A stretch of 55,514 bases of DNA, the filler included, from Platydemus manokwari (lineage: Eukaryota), in NCBI GenBank assembly GCA_037951405.1. It is 5 parts of 5 records of this genome, joined end to end, with 100 filler letters (N's around TTAATTAATTAA, not from the genome) between each part and the next. Parts side by side here need not be neighbours in the genome. Positions count along the whole stretch, not along the records: positions 21,302 to 31,361 come from JBBMOY011173322.1; positions 31,462 to 41,601 come from JBBMOY011164435.1; 3 more parts are not named here. One strand, given 5' to 3'. The notes below the pieces were generated by a model, which did not search any database, was not told the origin of the DNA, and saw nothing but the letters and a program-made list of their open reading frames with translations. How positions within the stretch are numbered: the stretch's first letter is position 1; each line of letters opens with the position of its first letter. Shown here piece after piece: positions 29,607 to 39,561 of the stretch. A program made the translations under genes and the position numbers.

Positions 29607-29649
<43 letters not shown>

Positions 29650-29802
29650 GAGAATTTATAAGTAATATATTAAAGAACAAAAATTAATAAAATGATTATT
29701 ATTATCAATAATAATAATAATTATTATTGTTATTATTATTACTGAGAATTTATAAAGTTATATATTAAGAAGCGAAAATTAATAACATGATTATTGATAA
29801 TG

Positions 29803-29841
<39 letters not shown>

Positions 29842-29850
29842 TATTATCAT
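29520..29850. repeat. (ATT)n/(AAT)n microsatellite complex with a ~96-bp duplication
   Basis: An (ATT)n tract to ~29649, a duplicated TGAGAATTTATAA...AAAATTAATAA.ATGATTATT unit, and (AAT)n at ~29805-29840. Confidence 0.9.
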
Positions 29851-30941
29851 TTCTTCTTGGCATTACCAAGAAATTTTTCTCAAAATTTAAGTAGGTACTT
29901 TAATAATAATTATAGTAATAATAATAATGATTATCATAAAATAATTCAAAAAAGATAAAGTATTAATTAATCAATATTATTGTTATTGATTAAAACAAAT
30001 GATAATTGAAATAAAAACAATAAAAGATAAAGCTTGATGATTATAATTACAATCTTAATAAAAAAGAAAATATTAATATCATCATATTTTCTCATTCCAT
30101 AAATAATAATAATAATAACATCGATACATTAATGCTATTGTAACTATAACGATTGTGTATCGTAAATCATGCAATATAAAATCAATTAAAAATCTGATAT
30201 TAACCTAAAACACATTTACATCTCAATCAATACTTGCTCGTAAAATCAATCATAATTTTGTCGATGAGAAATAATGGAAAGAAATTTTCAATCTGAATTT
30301 CTCTTTATTATCCATTTCTTAATCGCAGATTTTTACAGTTTGTCACGATGACTCATCATTTCTGTGACAATCGATCGGAAGCAATTCATTTTCCATGATG
30401 CTGATTTTTATTGGTCGAATTTTATCAGATAATCAATTTTCAATCATGATTACATTTTTATAAATTTAAACTATCTCACAAGAAAATCATTAAAAGAAAT
30501 AATTAGATTTCAAAAAATCGATATTTTCAATGATGTTTAGAGAGTAGTAGTAGTATATATATATATATTAGGAAAGCTGTGTGATGTATATGAGATGTAT
30601 ATTTGAAGGCCATACAATTTTGAATCCTTAGTATGTATTTTAACTGGAACAAGGAAATCGCACAAAACCACGTCACCAAATTGTTTTTCAGGCAGTGTTT
30701 TAAAATTTTATTCAAAATAATTTCGTTTTTTGAACTTTTTTTAGTGATTTGGTTTTTCTCATTCAGATTTTCTGTTAGCCAGACATGGTAATCGATAAAA
30801 ACCAAAAATATCAATAAAATTAAATCCGTTCTATTTATCATAGTATCGTAAAGAGAAATTTGTCACATTTATTTACAACCATCAATCGATAATTAATAAT
30901 CGATAATTAATTAATAAATATGATTATTATTATTATTCCAG

Positions 30942-31061
30942 AAAAGTGTATGGAAAAACAAATCAGTAAGCCAAATGTCATTTTCGCTGTGCTTCTCAAA
31001 TTTCATCATCGGTACTTTATGGTCGGCGTATGGATTTTTGAAGAATGATTTCTCATTATTG
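30942..31061 (+). CDS. SLC50A1: Internal exon of a SWEET (MtN3/saliva, SLC50A1-like) sugar transporter, second MtN3 repeat
   Basis: ttccag| acceptor and |gtaaat donor bound a 120-bp phase-0/0 exon encoding KSVWKNKSVSQMSFSLCFSNFIIGTLWSAYGFLKNDFSLL. This matches the SWEET pattern V..KS...MSF.L......LW..YG....D. Other exons were not located. Confidence 0.8.
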
Positions 31062-31361
31062 GTAAATATAATTAATAATATATTCATATTTATATTATCA
31101 AGTTGTTGTTTTATCTCAATTATTAGCTCTTTTAATGATGTTTTCTCGGAGAACCATTGCCAATCATAAATAACATAAAATATTTATTCTGCGGCTACAT
31201 TTGATACCTGAATATATGAAATCCTTTTCAAAAATAATTGTTTGGTGTAATCTGATCACGACTGGCCCAGTAAAAATATGATATCACAAGTTGTATGGAT
31301 TATAACATTACACATAACTTTTGAATATTTTATTAAGTAATAATAATAATAATAATAATTA

Positions 31362-31461
31362 NNNNNNNNNNNNNNNNNNNNNNNNNNNNNNNNNNNNNNN
31401 NNNNNTTAATTAATTAANNNNNNNNNNNNNNNNNNNNNNNNNNNNNNNNNNNNNNNNNNNN
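31362..31461. other. Artificial contig linker
   Basis: Same 100-bp spacer. Confidence 0.97.
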
Positions 31462-31855
31462 GTAACAAAAATTATGAAAAACTATAAAAGCAATACGTGA
31501 TTAATGTTTTATTTGATTTTTCAAATTTTTGAAACCATTTAAATATCTTGTTCGATTTACAATTGAATATCAGCAATCACTGTTTATATTTGGCTACTTG
31601 ATTTATCAATGATTAAGATATATGAAGCCTGTCACTCAATCATTAGAAGTCGCAAAATAAAATCCAAATAATGGTAAATATTTTAGTTATCAAACAATAA
31701 CTCAAATACAAATAATTTCGAGTCTTTCGTGCGTGCCAAATGATGCATGAATGAATCATTATTTATGATGGGTTGTGCTATTCCAACCCACACAGGTTAA
31801 ATGATAATTTTATGAATTTAAAGTGATATCTCAAAATTTATCTTCAAATATTTTA

Positions 31856-33847
31856 ATGATGAATTTTTCATTTCTATGTACTTTAACGCTTAGTTTAATT
31901 TTTTATCATTCTTCACGAGTAAATGGAGAGTCTGAGAAATGTTTGAAAGTGTTACTCCCGAATATTCGAAAGTGTGATAGTGAAATTGCGAGAATTGACC
32001 AATATTGTATTCAAGGTTACAGAAATATCAATAAAAAATGCAAAGGTATCGATACAGAGCATTGTGCTCTTACGTTTAGAAAATTTACAGCGTCATGTAA
32101 AAAGAAAAGAGAGCTTTTTTCGAATAAATGCAAACCGCTTTATGATGGTTATAAAAAGGAATGCGGTGAAATGCCTGCTTCGTATTATCAAAAAGTGGGT
32201 CCAGAATCGTTTAGATGCTTGAAAGTGCTAACACCACAAGTTGAAGTTTGTGATTCAAAAATTGCTATTATTGATAAACAATGCAGAAAAGAATATGAAA
32301 AGATTGATAAGGAATGCAAAGGAAAAGATACCGATGAGTGTGGTAACAAGTATAAAAATATCAAAAAAATATGTCTAACAAAAAGGAAAAATTTCTTTCA
32401 ATCGTGCAATCCAACTTATCAGGCATACCAAAAAGAATGCAAAGGAAGTCCTGCTGTTTACCCTCCTCCAACTGGACCAGAATCGGACAGATGTTTGAAA
32501 GATTTAATTCCAAAAGTGCAGGCTTGTGACAAAATGATATCCGAAATTGACAAGTATTGTAATAAACAATACCATATTGTCGACGAACTCTGCAAAGGAA
32601 AAGATACGGATGAATGTGGTTTGAAATTTAAGAACATTCAAACGTTATGCAAAAATAAACGAAAAAATTACAAATCAAAATGTGGGCCAATTTATGGTGC
32701 ATACAATAAAGAATGTAAAGGCGATTCGGTTGCTAAACGTCCAACTACCGGCCCGGATTCAGATAGGTGTTTAAAAGAACTGATTCCAGGGATTAAAAAC
32801 TGTGACAAAAAGGCATCCAAAATTGAAAAGTTTTGCAAGAACGGGTTCAAGAAGATTGATTCTATATGTAAAGGGCAGGACACAAATGAATGCGATTTAA
32901 AATATAAGAAGTTTAAGATATTATGCGAAGCAAGACTAAATAAATACAAAAAAGTCTGTGGAATAATTAATATTGCCTATAAGAATGAATGTACAGGGGC
33001 ATCCATTCCATCTGTCTCTGCAGGTGTCGACATTAGTAATTGTTCTCATGAATTAGTTCAATCTCTGGATGTTTGTGATGATTATATATATCATATTGAC
33101 AGTCTTTGTTATCAAGGATTTATTAAAATAGAAAAAAAATGCGAAGGCAAAAGAACAGAAAAATGCGGTATTAAATTTAGAAAATGGACTGATTCATGCA
33201 AAGAAAGAAGACAGAATTTTTGGAAAATTTGTAGCATAATTTACGAAGGCTATTTTCAAGAATATGCAAAAGTTCACGGAAACAGTGCAGAATTTCTCAA
33301 GAAAAGGCTATATTTCGAATCCGTAAAGTTGGAAGAATCTATCAAAGCAATAACACCTGCAAAATCTACAAAATCAGCAGCTATAAAAATCCCACAAATT
33401 TCAATTAAGCAATCCACAAAGTCAGCCAAATCGGTAAAATATTTAACAGCTACGAAAAATAAGACGATAATAAAAACAACATCAAAATCGCCAATACCTG
33501 TGCCACTCAAAGTAATAATCAAACCTCCTATTAATGGGAAAATTAACAGAATTCCTTACAGTACTTGTAGGAAAAGTTTGGTTCTTTCCGTTACCACATG
33601 TGATATAAGGACGACAAAGCTTGATGAATACTGTAGTTCAGGATACAAATCAACTCATCAACTATGTAAACGAGTAAGTAAGGCCAAATGTGGTTTAAGC
33701 TATTACAAATTGACTACGATATGCAAAGCTAAAAGAGAAAATCTTAGAAAAACATGCCAACCGATTTACGATGAATATCAAGATGACTGTGAAGGACAGT
33801 GTTTATCGCTAACAAAAACTTCGGACATTTTCTCGCATAAATTTTAA
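31856..33847 (+). CDS. Secreted Cys-rich repeat protein (663 aa from the first ATG) with six CX10C-ladder modules and a K/S/T/P-rich spacer
   Basis: Intronless 2-kb ORF in AT-rich DNA. The ORF track starts at GTG 31823, but the first in-frame ATG is 31856, followed by a signal-peptide-like stretch (MMNFSFLCTLTLSLIFYHSSRVNG). It has six 75-aa modules with spacing C-10-C-10-C-10-C-7-C-10-C-10-C-10-C and an ATTAAA at 33871. A clear paralogue lies at 38373-39509. Confidence 0.93.
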   Translation: MMNFSFLCTLTLSLIFYHSSRVNGESEKCLKVLLPNIRKCDSEIARIDQYCIQGYRNINKKCKGIDTEHCALTFRKFTASCKKKRELFSNKCKPLYDGYKKECGEMPASYYQKVGPESFRCLKVLTPQVEVCDSKIAIIDKQCRKEYEKIDKECKGKDTDECGNKYKNIKKICLTKRKNFFQSCNPTYQAYQKECKGSPAVYPPPTGPESDRCLKDLIPKVQACDKMISEIDKYCNKQYHIVDELCKGKDTDECGLKFKNIQTLCKNKRKNYKSKCGPIYGAYNKECKGDSVAKRPTTGPDSDRCLKELIPGIKNCDKKASKIEKFCKNGFKKIDSICKGQDTNECDLKYKKFKILCEARLNKYKKVCGIINIAYKNECTGASIPSVSAGVDISNCSHELVQSLDVCDDYIYHIDSLCYQGFIKIEKKCEGKRTEKCGIKFRKWTDSCKERRQNFWKICSIIYEGYFQEYAKVHGNSAEFLKKRLYFESVKLEESIKAITPAKSTKSAAIKIPQISIKQSTKSAKSVKYLTATKNKTIIKTTSKSPIPVPLKVIIKPPINGKINRIPYSTCRKSLVLSVTTCDIRTTKLDEYCSSGYKSTHQLCKRVSKAKCGLSYYKLTTICKAKRENLRKTCQPIYDEYQDDCEGQCLSLTKTSDIFSHKF

Positions 33848-35558
33848 TGTTATTCCTAAATTTGAAAACAATTAAAAATCTTGAAATAATTGGCCATTGT
33901 AAAATGTGCTCAATTAGGTAGCTTTTAATGTTTTAAAAATATTTTTGCCTTTGTCCCAATGTATTGTTTTAATGTATTTTTGTTTTTGTTATTTTTACTA
34001 TTAGTGATTTCGATCGATTTTCGATTAATAATTATTTTTATTAATAACAAAAAAATTATCAACATGGTAATGTTTTTACAAGCGCTTCATATTATTTAAT
34101 ACACATAATGCCCTAATGAAATAGCATATCAAATTGATAGATTAGAAATCATGTATTTAAACGAAGTACTGCATTTTGATTTCGAATCGGTTAAGTCTGG
34201 AAAATTCGAAATATTAATCTACTTGATATTTAATTTAAATGATTAAACCTATTTAATAATAATATTTTTTCAAGCGACTTTTTTCATAATTAAAATTTTA
34301 GTTTCCTCTTAATTGAAAGTACTGTATTTGTTTTCATAAGCGAAAAGTAAATAACAATACAAATAAATAAATACGAATATAAATGATTAACATGTTATGC
34401 CTTGAGTCGCTGGTTTCATTATAATTAATTCTATTCTATTATAATACTAATCCTCACTATCTACGACTGCTATCAGCCTATTGGGTCGTATTCGACCATC
34501 AGTAAGTAAATTAATCCTAAATAATTGATCGTTTTTCGCCGAGAAGTTTGATGAAGTATATAGTAATAAGCGGAATTTTTATTTCTATTGACCATAAAGT
34601 TTCCAAAATTTACACGAAGTTATTTTCCATACAAAAAAACTTATAAATTTAATAATATTTTATACATTAATATATAAATCAATGCACGAATATCGTCAGA
34701 TCATTGGAATTTAAATTTGTAAATAATCCCAAACCCCAAACAAAGTTCAAGATTGTCAAAGTTAGGAGTCAAATTTTGTGTATCACAGCGCAATTTTGAG
34801 TGTTTAGTTATTCTTCATAAATGAATTATTTTTGTTTTGAAACAAATACTTTATATTTTCGTCTAACATTTTTACTAATAATGATTTAAATGATCGAAGT
34901 CATTAAAAATAAACATAAGATCTAAATACTAATAATAACAATTACATAAAGTATTATTAAAATTAGCAGATGTACTAGAATTTGCTATAAAAATAAAAGA
35001 TCAAATAACATTATAGACTAGACATAGTAAACAAATAAACAAATATAAAAAGAAAACATAAATAACTTAACTTTTAAATATTATGCTTTTAAAAAGTAGC
35101 ATTAATATAGACATAGTAAAAAACACAATGAAATGATTGATTAGTAGAGGGACCACACCAAAGGATCCATGCTTACAAAACGAAGTAAGCGACTCAGTTT
35201 ATTTTCAAAATATTGAGAGTTCTAGCTATTGTTGCTGTGAGAAGCTAGAGTACACTGAAGTACTTTATTGTATCAATGGTATAGTTAGCTTACATTGAAC
35301 ATTAGTTTTCATGTCTGTTACAGAATGTCTGTTACTAATAAAACTACTAAATTACTAAACTACTTGTAATTCTAGAACAAGTATTGAAACCTAGTCATAG
35401 TTTAGAACATTATTAACGTTTTGTGAAGTGTGTGTAAATCGATTAAAAATAATTATCAAAACCATAGGAGAAATCTTCAGTGTTGATACACACAGACACG
35501 ATATATACAAGTTCCAGTAGCCAATTTTTTTGTTTTCCCTTTGTGAAAGCAACTTAAA

Positions 35559-36010
35559 TGTCATCCTAGGGATATATATATTTAAACTACGTAGCTGGAA
35601 AAAAAATAGCTGGAAAATTTTTTTAAATTATCGATTTCTCAATAAACTTCGATAGTTAGTTGGTACACACTAACGACCAGAAATGAATCTCGAGATACGG
35701 CCATGCCAAGGAAGTTAGAAGAAAATTTCTCAATATAGTAATCTTCAGAAGTTTCTAACAAATGGAAAGCAAATTTGCAAGGCAACAGATAAAAGGAGTT
35801 GAATATCGAGGTCTTTTCTGCATTTATTTTTATCTGTAATGTGTTCAGCTCATTGTGATTTTGACGTATTGCTTTTGGAACTTTTGTGTTTCTGAGTAAG
35901 TTTGATTTACGATTTTTGAGTGTTGTACTTTGACGATCTTATTGGATTAGTACGAAATGTTATTTTACAATTCTAGCTTTGAGAATTCAGCTTAGGCAAT
36001 TATCGTAACA
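35559..36010 (+). mobile_element. Probable LTR related to 18740-19312
   Basis: Shares ATAAAAGGAGTTG and CTCATTGTGATTT in the same order and ends in TAACA. The 5' boundary is uncertain. Confidence 0.4.
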
Positions 36011-37417
36011 ATTTATTAAATACCGAGTACACTTTTGATTTGCTGCATAATGTTTTGTATTTAAAAAATCTTTACAATGAGAAATGTTCATTATTTACTA
36101 TCGATTGATGAAAGTCTGATACAGAAAGAGAAAGTTTAGGAATTGAACTTCTTATTTGAGAAAACTAAGAAAAATTACATTAAGACTGGAGTTAAGATGA
36201 ATTTAATACCCAATATTTACTCACTTCCAAACGCAGCCTTAAATCTTCAAAAATGAATAATACATTTAAAATCTCTCAACACAAAAACGTTCGCTAATTC
36301 TGATAAACTAGGATATCTGAAATAGGAGTAATAAATTGTTAAGTCAAGGATCAATGATTTTGTTATTTGTGGAACTTAAGAATAATATCGATGAAAACAC
36401 ACCACTCGTTGTTTCTACTCTAGTGAATGAATTAAAGAGCTGATTAGATTCTGATTGTAGAAATGGAAACATTATTGATTAAAGTCAAATTGATCATTTT
36501 TAGAGGAATTAAAAGTCATGATGGTTGATTCATTATTAGTTAATTATGTTGGGAAAATATAAACAGACTAGTTCTCTCCTTGGAAAGTGAAGAAATTGAG
36601 TGCGCCAGAGGCCGAAAAAATACCCATCACTTGTTAGCCTATATGGTGCATTGAAAAAAGAAAAATACCGAATCAGAGATGGTAAGATATCGTACCCAAA
36701 CAAACAAGTATGGTCTGATAAATAAAGAATCAAAAAATGAACCCCAGTACAACACTTAGTAACGGTGGCACAGTGTAAAAATGATCTGAGAAGAGACCAG
36801 AGTGGAAAGAACAGGATTTCGAATTTGGATGCCTGAGTTAGAGATAGAATCAGTCCCCTAGAACAAATGTTGAAATTCCTTCGAGTACCACAAATCAATC
36901 CAATCCCAAAGACATTTATATTTTGATAAACATTTATGGTCCTTTCTTTAAAACATTAACTTGTTTTGGTTCCTTTAAACATTTATGATTTAATAATTAC
37001 TGATTTAAAAATATATGACACTAACAAGTGTATAAGCTGATGGATTTTAATCATAAATGACTCTTGTAAAAATTGTAAACGATAACTTGGTAATCAATAC
37101 TAATAATTTGATAAATGATAACAATCGTTATAGAAAATCAGGATGTTGTCAAAAATAATAATTCTTTCTGAACATAATAATTTGGTAATTTGATAAATAA
37201 ATAACCGATAATTAAAAGACCATACGGATCGCACCTTTAGGATTTCCAAAAACCATATTTTTAAACTTTATATTTGCAAAATTATTAAGGTGTTCTTGAG
37301 CTCACGGCAAGATAATCTTAGCAATTTGTTATTAACTGATATTTGCTGAGGTAAACTTTTGTAAAACTCAATTTATAAATAATTACTAATCGCATTGTGC
37401 TCTCATTTTTGATAAAT

Positions 37418-37680
37418 TAACGGATATCGCCAAATAATATGACTCATACTATTGAATAGTATGACTATAAAAATAAAAAATATTGATCATATTATTTGGG
37501 TAGTCATACTATTCAGTGCTTTCAAAAAAAATTAACACTTTGCGTTGGAATTTAGGTTGTTTAAAACATATACATGATCCAAATTATTTATTAAACATCA
37601 AAAACTTCATAAAAATTTGGTCATACTATTCGGGTAGTCATACTATTCGAGGTAGTCATACTATTCAGCGATATCCGTTA
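37418..37680. mobile_element. TA-flanked MITE with subterminal repeats
   Basis: Perfect 13-bp inverted termini TAACGGATATCGC and GCGATATCCGTTA, with multiple GTCATACTATTC motifs in both orientations. Confidence 0.8.
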
Positions 37681-38372
37681 GTTATACATATAAAGGAGCT
37701 CTTTACCTTTAAGTTGCCAAACATAATTTAAAACCCACAACTCAACAGTTATGACAAACATAATAGTGTAATATATTCGATGAATCGAAATATTACTTTG
37801 TTATCCCATTGTATTTTTTATCAACGACCACTTATTTTGATATATATTTTGATCCATCTAAAATGAGTGAATCAAAATCCACTTTTGTGTTGGATATTTC
37901 CTTGAAATATACTTAAATAGTTGTTGAAATGATCCATAAAATAGGTAAAATAATAATAATTATTATTATCAGTGTCGGTATTTAATATGCATCATAGCTT
38001 TATACATTTAACTTCAATTTCGTAATAAAATTTGACTATACTATAATGTTTCATTCGACAATATGAATTAGGGATTCTAAATTTAATATTCTAGTAATCC
38101 AGAAAAAAAACTCTAAATAAGACACAAGTCTGAACAGGCCATTTATACCAAATAAAACTTATCAAGCCTAAAATGTAAAATGCTATCAATTATTGTAAAA
38201 ATTTATCACAAAAGATTGAAATTATAAAACAAACAAATTTATTGAATTCTATTAAAATTTCATCCAATAAACTTCCAAAATTGACAGAGTTGAACATCAA
38301 CTTTGATCTTAATTATAAAACACCAATTATTATAATTATGAAATTAAGTAAATATTTGCTAACTTCTTTCTT

Positions 38373-39509
38373 TTAACCTGCTCTTACAGTGCATTCTTTC
38401 TTATAAGCAGCAGTGATGGCATTACATCTCCTGTTAAATGTTTTTTCTCTTTGTTTACATTTTGCCGTAAACTGAGTGTATCTTAATCCACATTCAACGG
38501 TGTCTTTTCCCTTACATTCTTGATCAATTTCTCTGAATCCATTGGTACAGAACCTAGTGAGTTTGGCACCATCGGTATCACAAATCGCTAATGCTGGTAT
38601 CAATTGTTTCAAACAACGGTCAGATTCTGGTCCTGTTGACGGTGCGACTGGTGCTCCAGTACATTCTTTTTTATGCCTTCTGTATAATGGTGTGCACCTC
38701 GTCGTGTACGCCTGTCTTCTGTCTTTACATCCTTTTTCAAATAGCAAAGTTTTTAATCCACATTCAATCGTATCTTGTCCTTTACATACTGCTTCAATTC
38801 TCGCAATTCCTTCAGTGCATTCTCTGTCGATCGTCGCTATTTCTGCATCACACTTATTGATTTCAGGAAGCAATTGTTTCATACATAAATCTGATTCTGG
38901 TCCTGAAGCCGGAGCTGCAGATCCACCTCCAGCACATTCCTGTCTAAAGCTTGCATATATTGGCCCGCATTTCGATTTATACACTCCTCTTCTCTGTTTA
39001 CAATCTAGTGTTAATTGATTGTATCTCTGACCACACTCTACTGTATCTTTTCCTTTACATTCGCTATCAATATTCTTGAAACCTCTGTTACAATATTTAT
39101 CGATTTCAGCAATTTCAGAATCACAAGTAGCCATTTGAGATACCAGTACTTTTAAACATCGATCTGACTCCGGTCCGCTTTGCGGTTTAACAGACGGACC
39201 AGTGCATTCTTTGTTATGTGCAGCATAAAGAGGCTTACATCGAGCATTGTAACCTTTTCTTTTGTCTTGACAACGTTTTTCGAATTGTAAATATCTCAAT
39301 CCACATTCAATTGTGTCTTTCCCTTTACATTCGATATCGATATTGGCGATTCCTTCATTACATCTTTTTTCAATACCAGTAATTTCTCGATCACATTTTT
39401 TAATTCGTGGAAGTAAATCTTTCAAACATCGATCTGAATCGGGTCCAAGACCTTGTGAATTTACAACATTGATAACCAGATATAGAATAAAAAACAGAAA
39501 ACTCTTCAT
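38373..39509 (-). CDS. Secreted Cys-rich repeat protein (378 aa) with four perfect CX10C-ladder modules
   Basis: ATG start, signal peptide MKSFLFFILYLVINVVNS, four 75-aa eight-Cys modules joined by 15-16 aa Pro/Gly linkers ending GP(E/D)SD(R/L). There is a TATA/Inr upstream and an AATAAA at 38238-38243 on the minus strand. Confidence 0.95.
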   Translation of the reverse strand: MKSFLFFILYLVINVVNSQGLGPDSDRCLKDLLPRIKKCDREITGIEKRCNEGIANIDIECKGKDTIECGLRYLQFEKRCQDKRKGYNARCKPLYAAHNKECTGPSVKPQSGPESDRCLKVLVSQMATCDSEIAEIDKYCNRGFKNIDSECKGKDTVECGQRYNQLTLDCKQRRGVYKSKCGPIYASFRQECAGGGSAAPASGPESDLCMKQLLPEINKCDAEIATIDRECTEGIARIEAVCKGQDTIECGLKTLLFEKGCKDRRQAYTTRCTPLYRRHKKECTGAPVAPSTGPESDRCLKQLIPALAICDTDGAKLTRFCTNGFREIDQECKGKDTVECGLRYTQFTAKCKQREKTFNRRCNAITAAYKKECTVRAG

Positions 39510-39524
39510 ATCGTTTCAACAATT

Positions 39525-39561
39525 AGCTAATGGATTTTTCACGTTTTATCAAATATTTATA
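39525..39561 (-). promoter_or_regulatory. TATA box plus initiator-like core promoter of the 378-aa gene
   Basis: Minus-strand TATAAATA at 39561-39554, with an Inr-like CCATTA whose A (39531) is 30 nt from the first T of the TATA box and 22 nt upstream of the ATG. Confidence 0.55.

Noticed and set aside
31823-31855. GTG start given by the ORF track
   Set aside because: The context is eukaryotic, and ATG 31856/31859 directly precedes the signal peptide.
31974-33522. Overlapping ORFs of 82-85 aa within the six-module gene
   Set aside because: Alternative-frame or antisense shadows with no independent coding signal.
37418-37680. CRISPR-like repeated GTCATACTATTC motifs
   Set aside because: The motifs lie in both orientations inside TIRs, have no regular spacers and no cas genes nearby; this is a MITE.
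31856-39509. Metallothionein, saposin or twin-CX9C identity for the Cys-rich proteins
   Set aside because: There are no CC/CXC clusters, the modules have eight rather than six Cys, the spacing is X10, and both proteins carry signal peptides.
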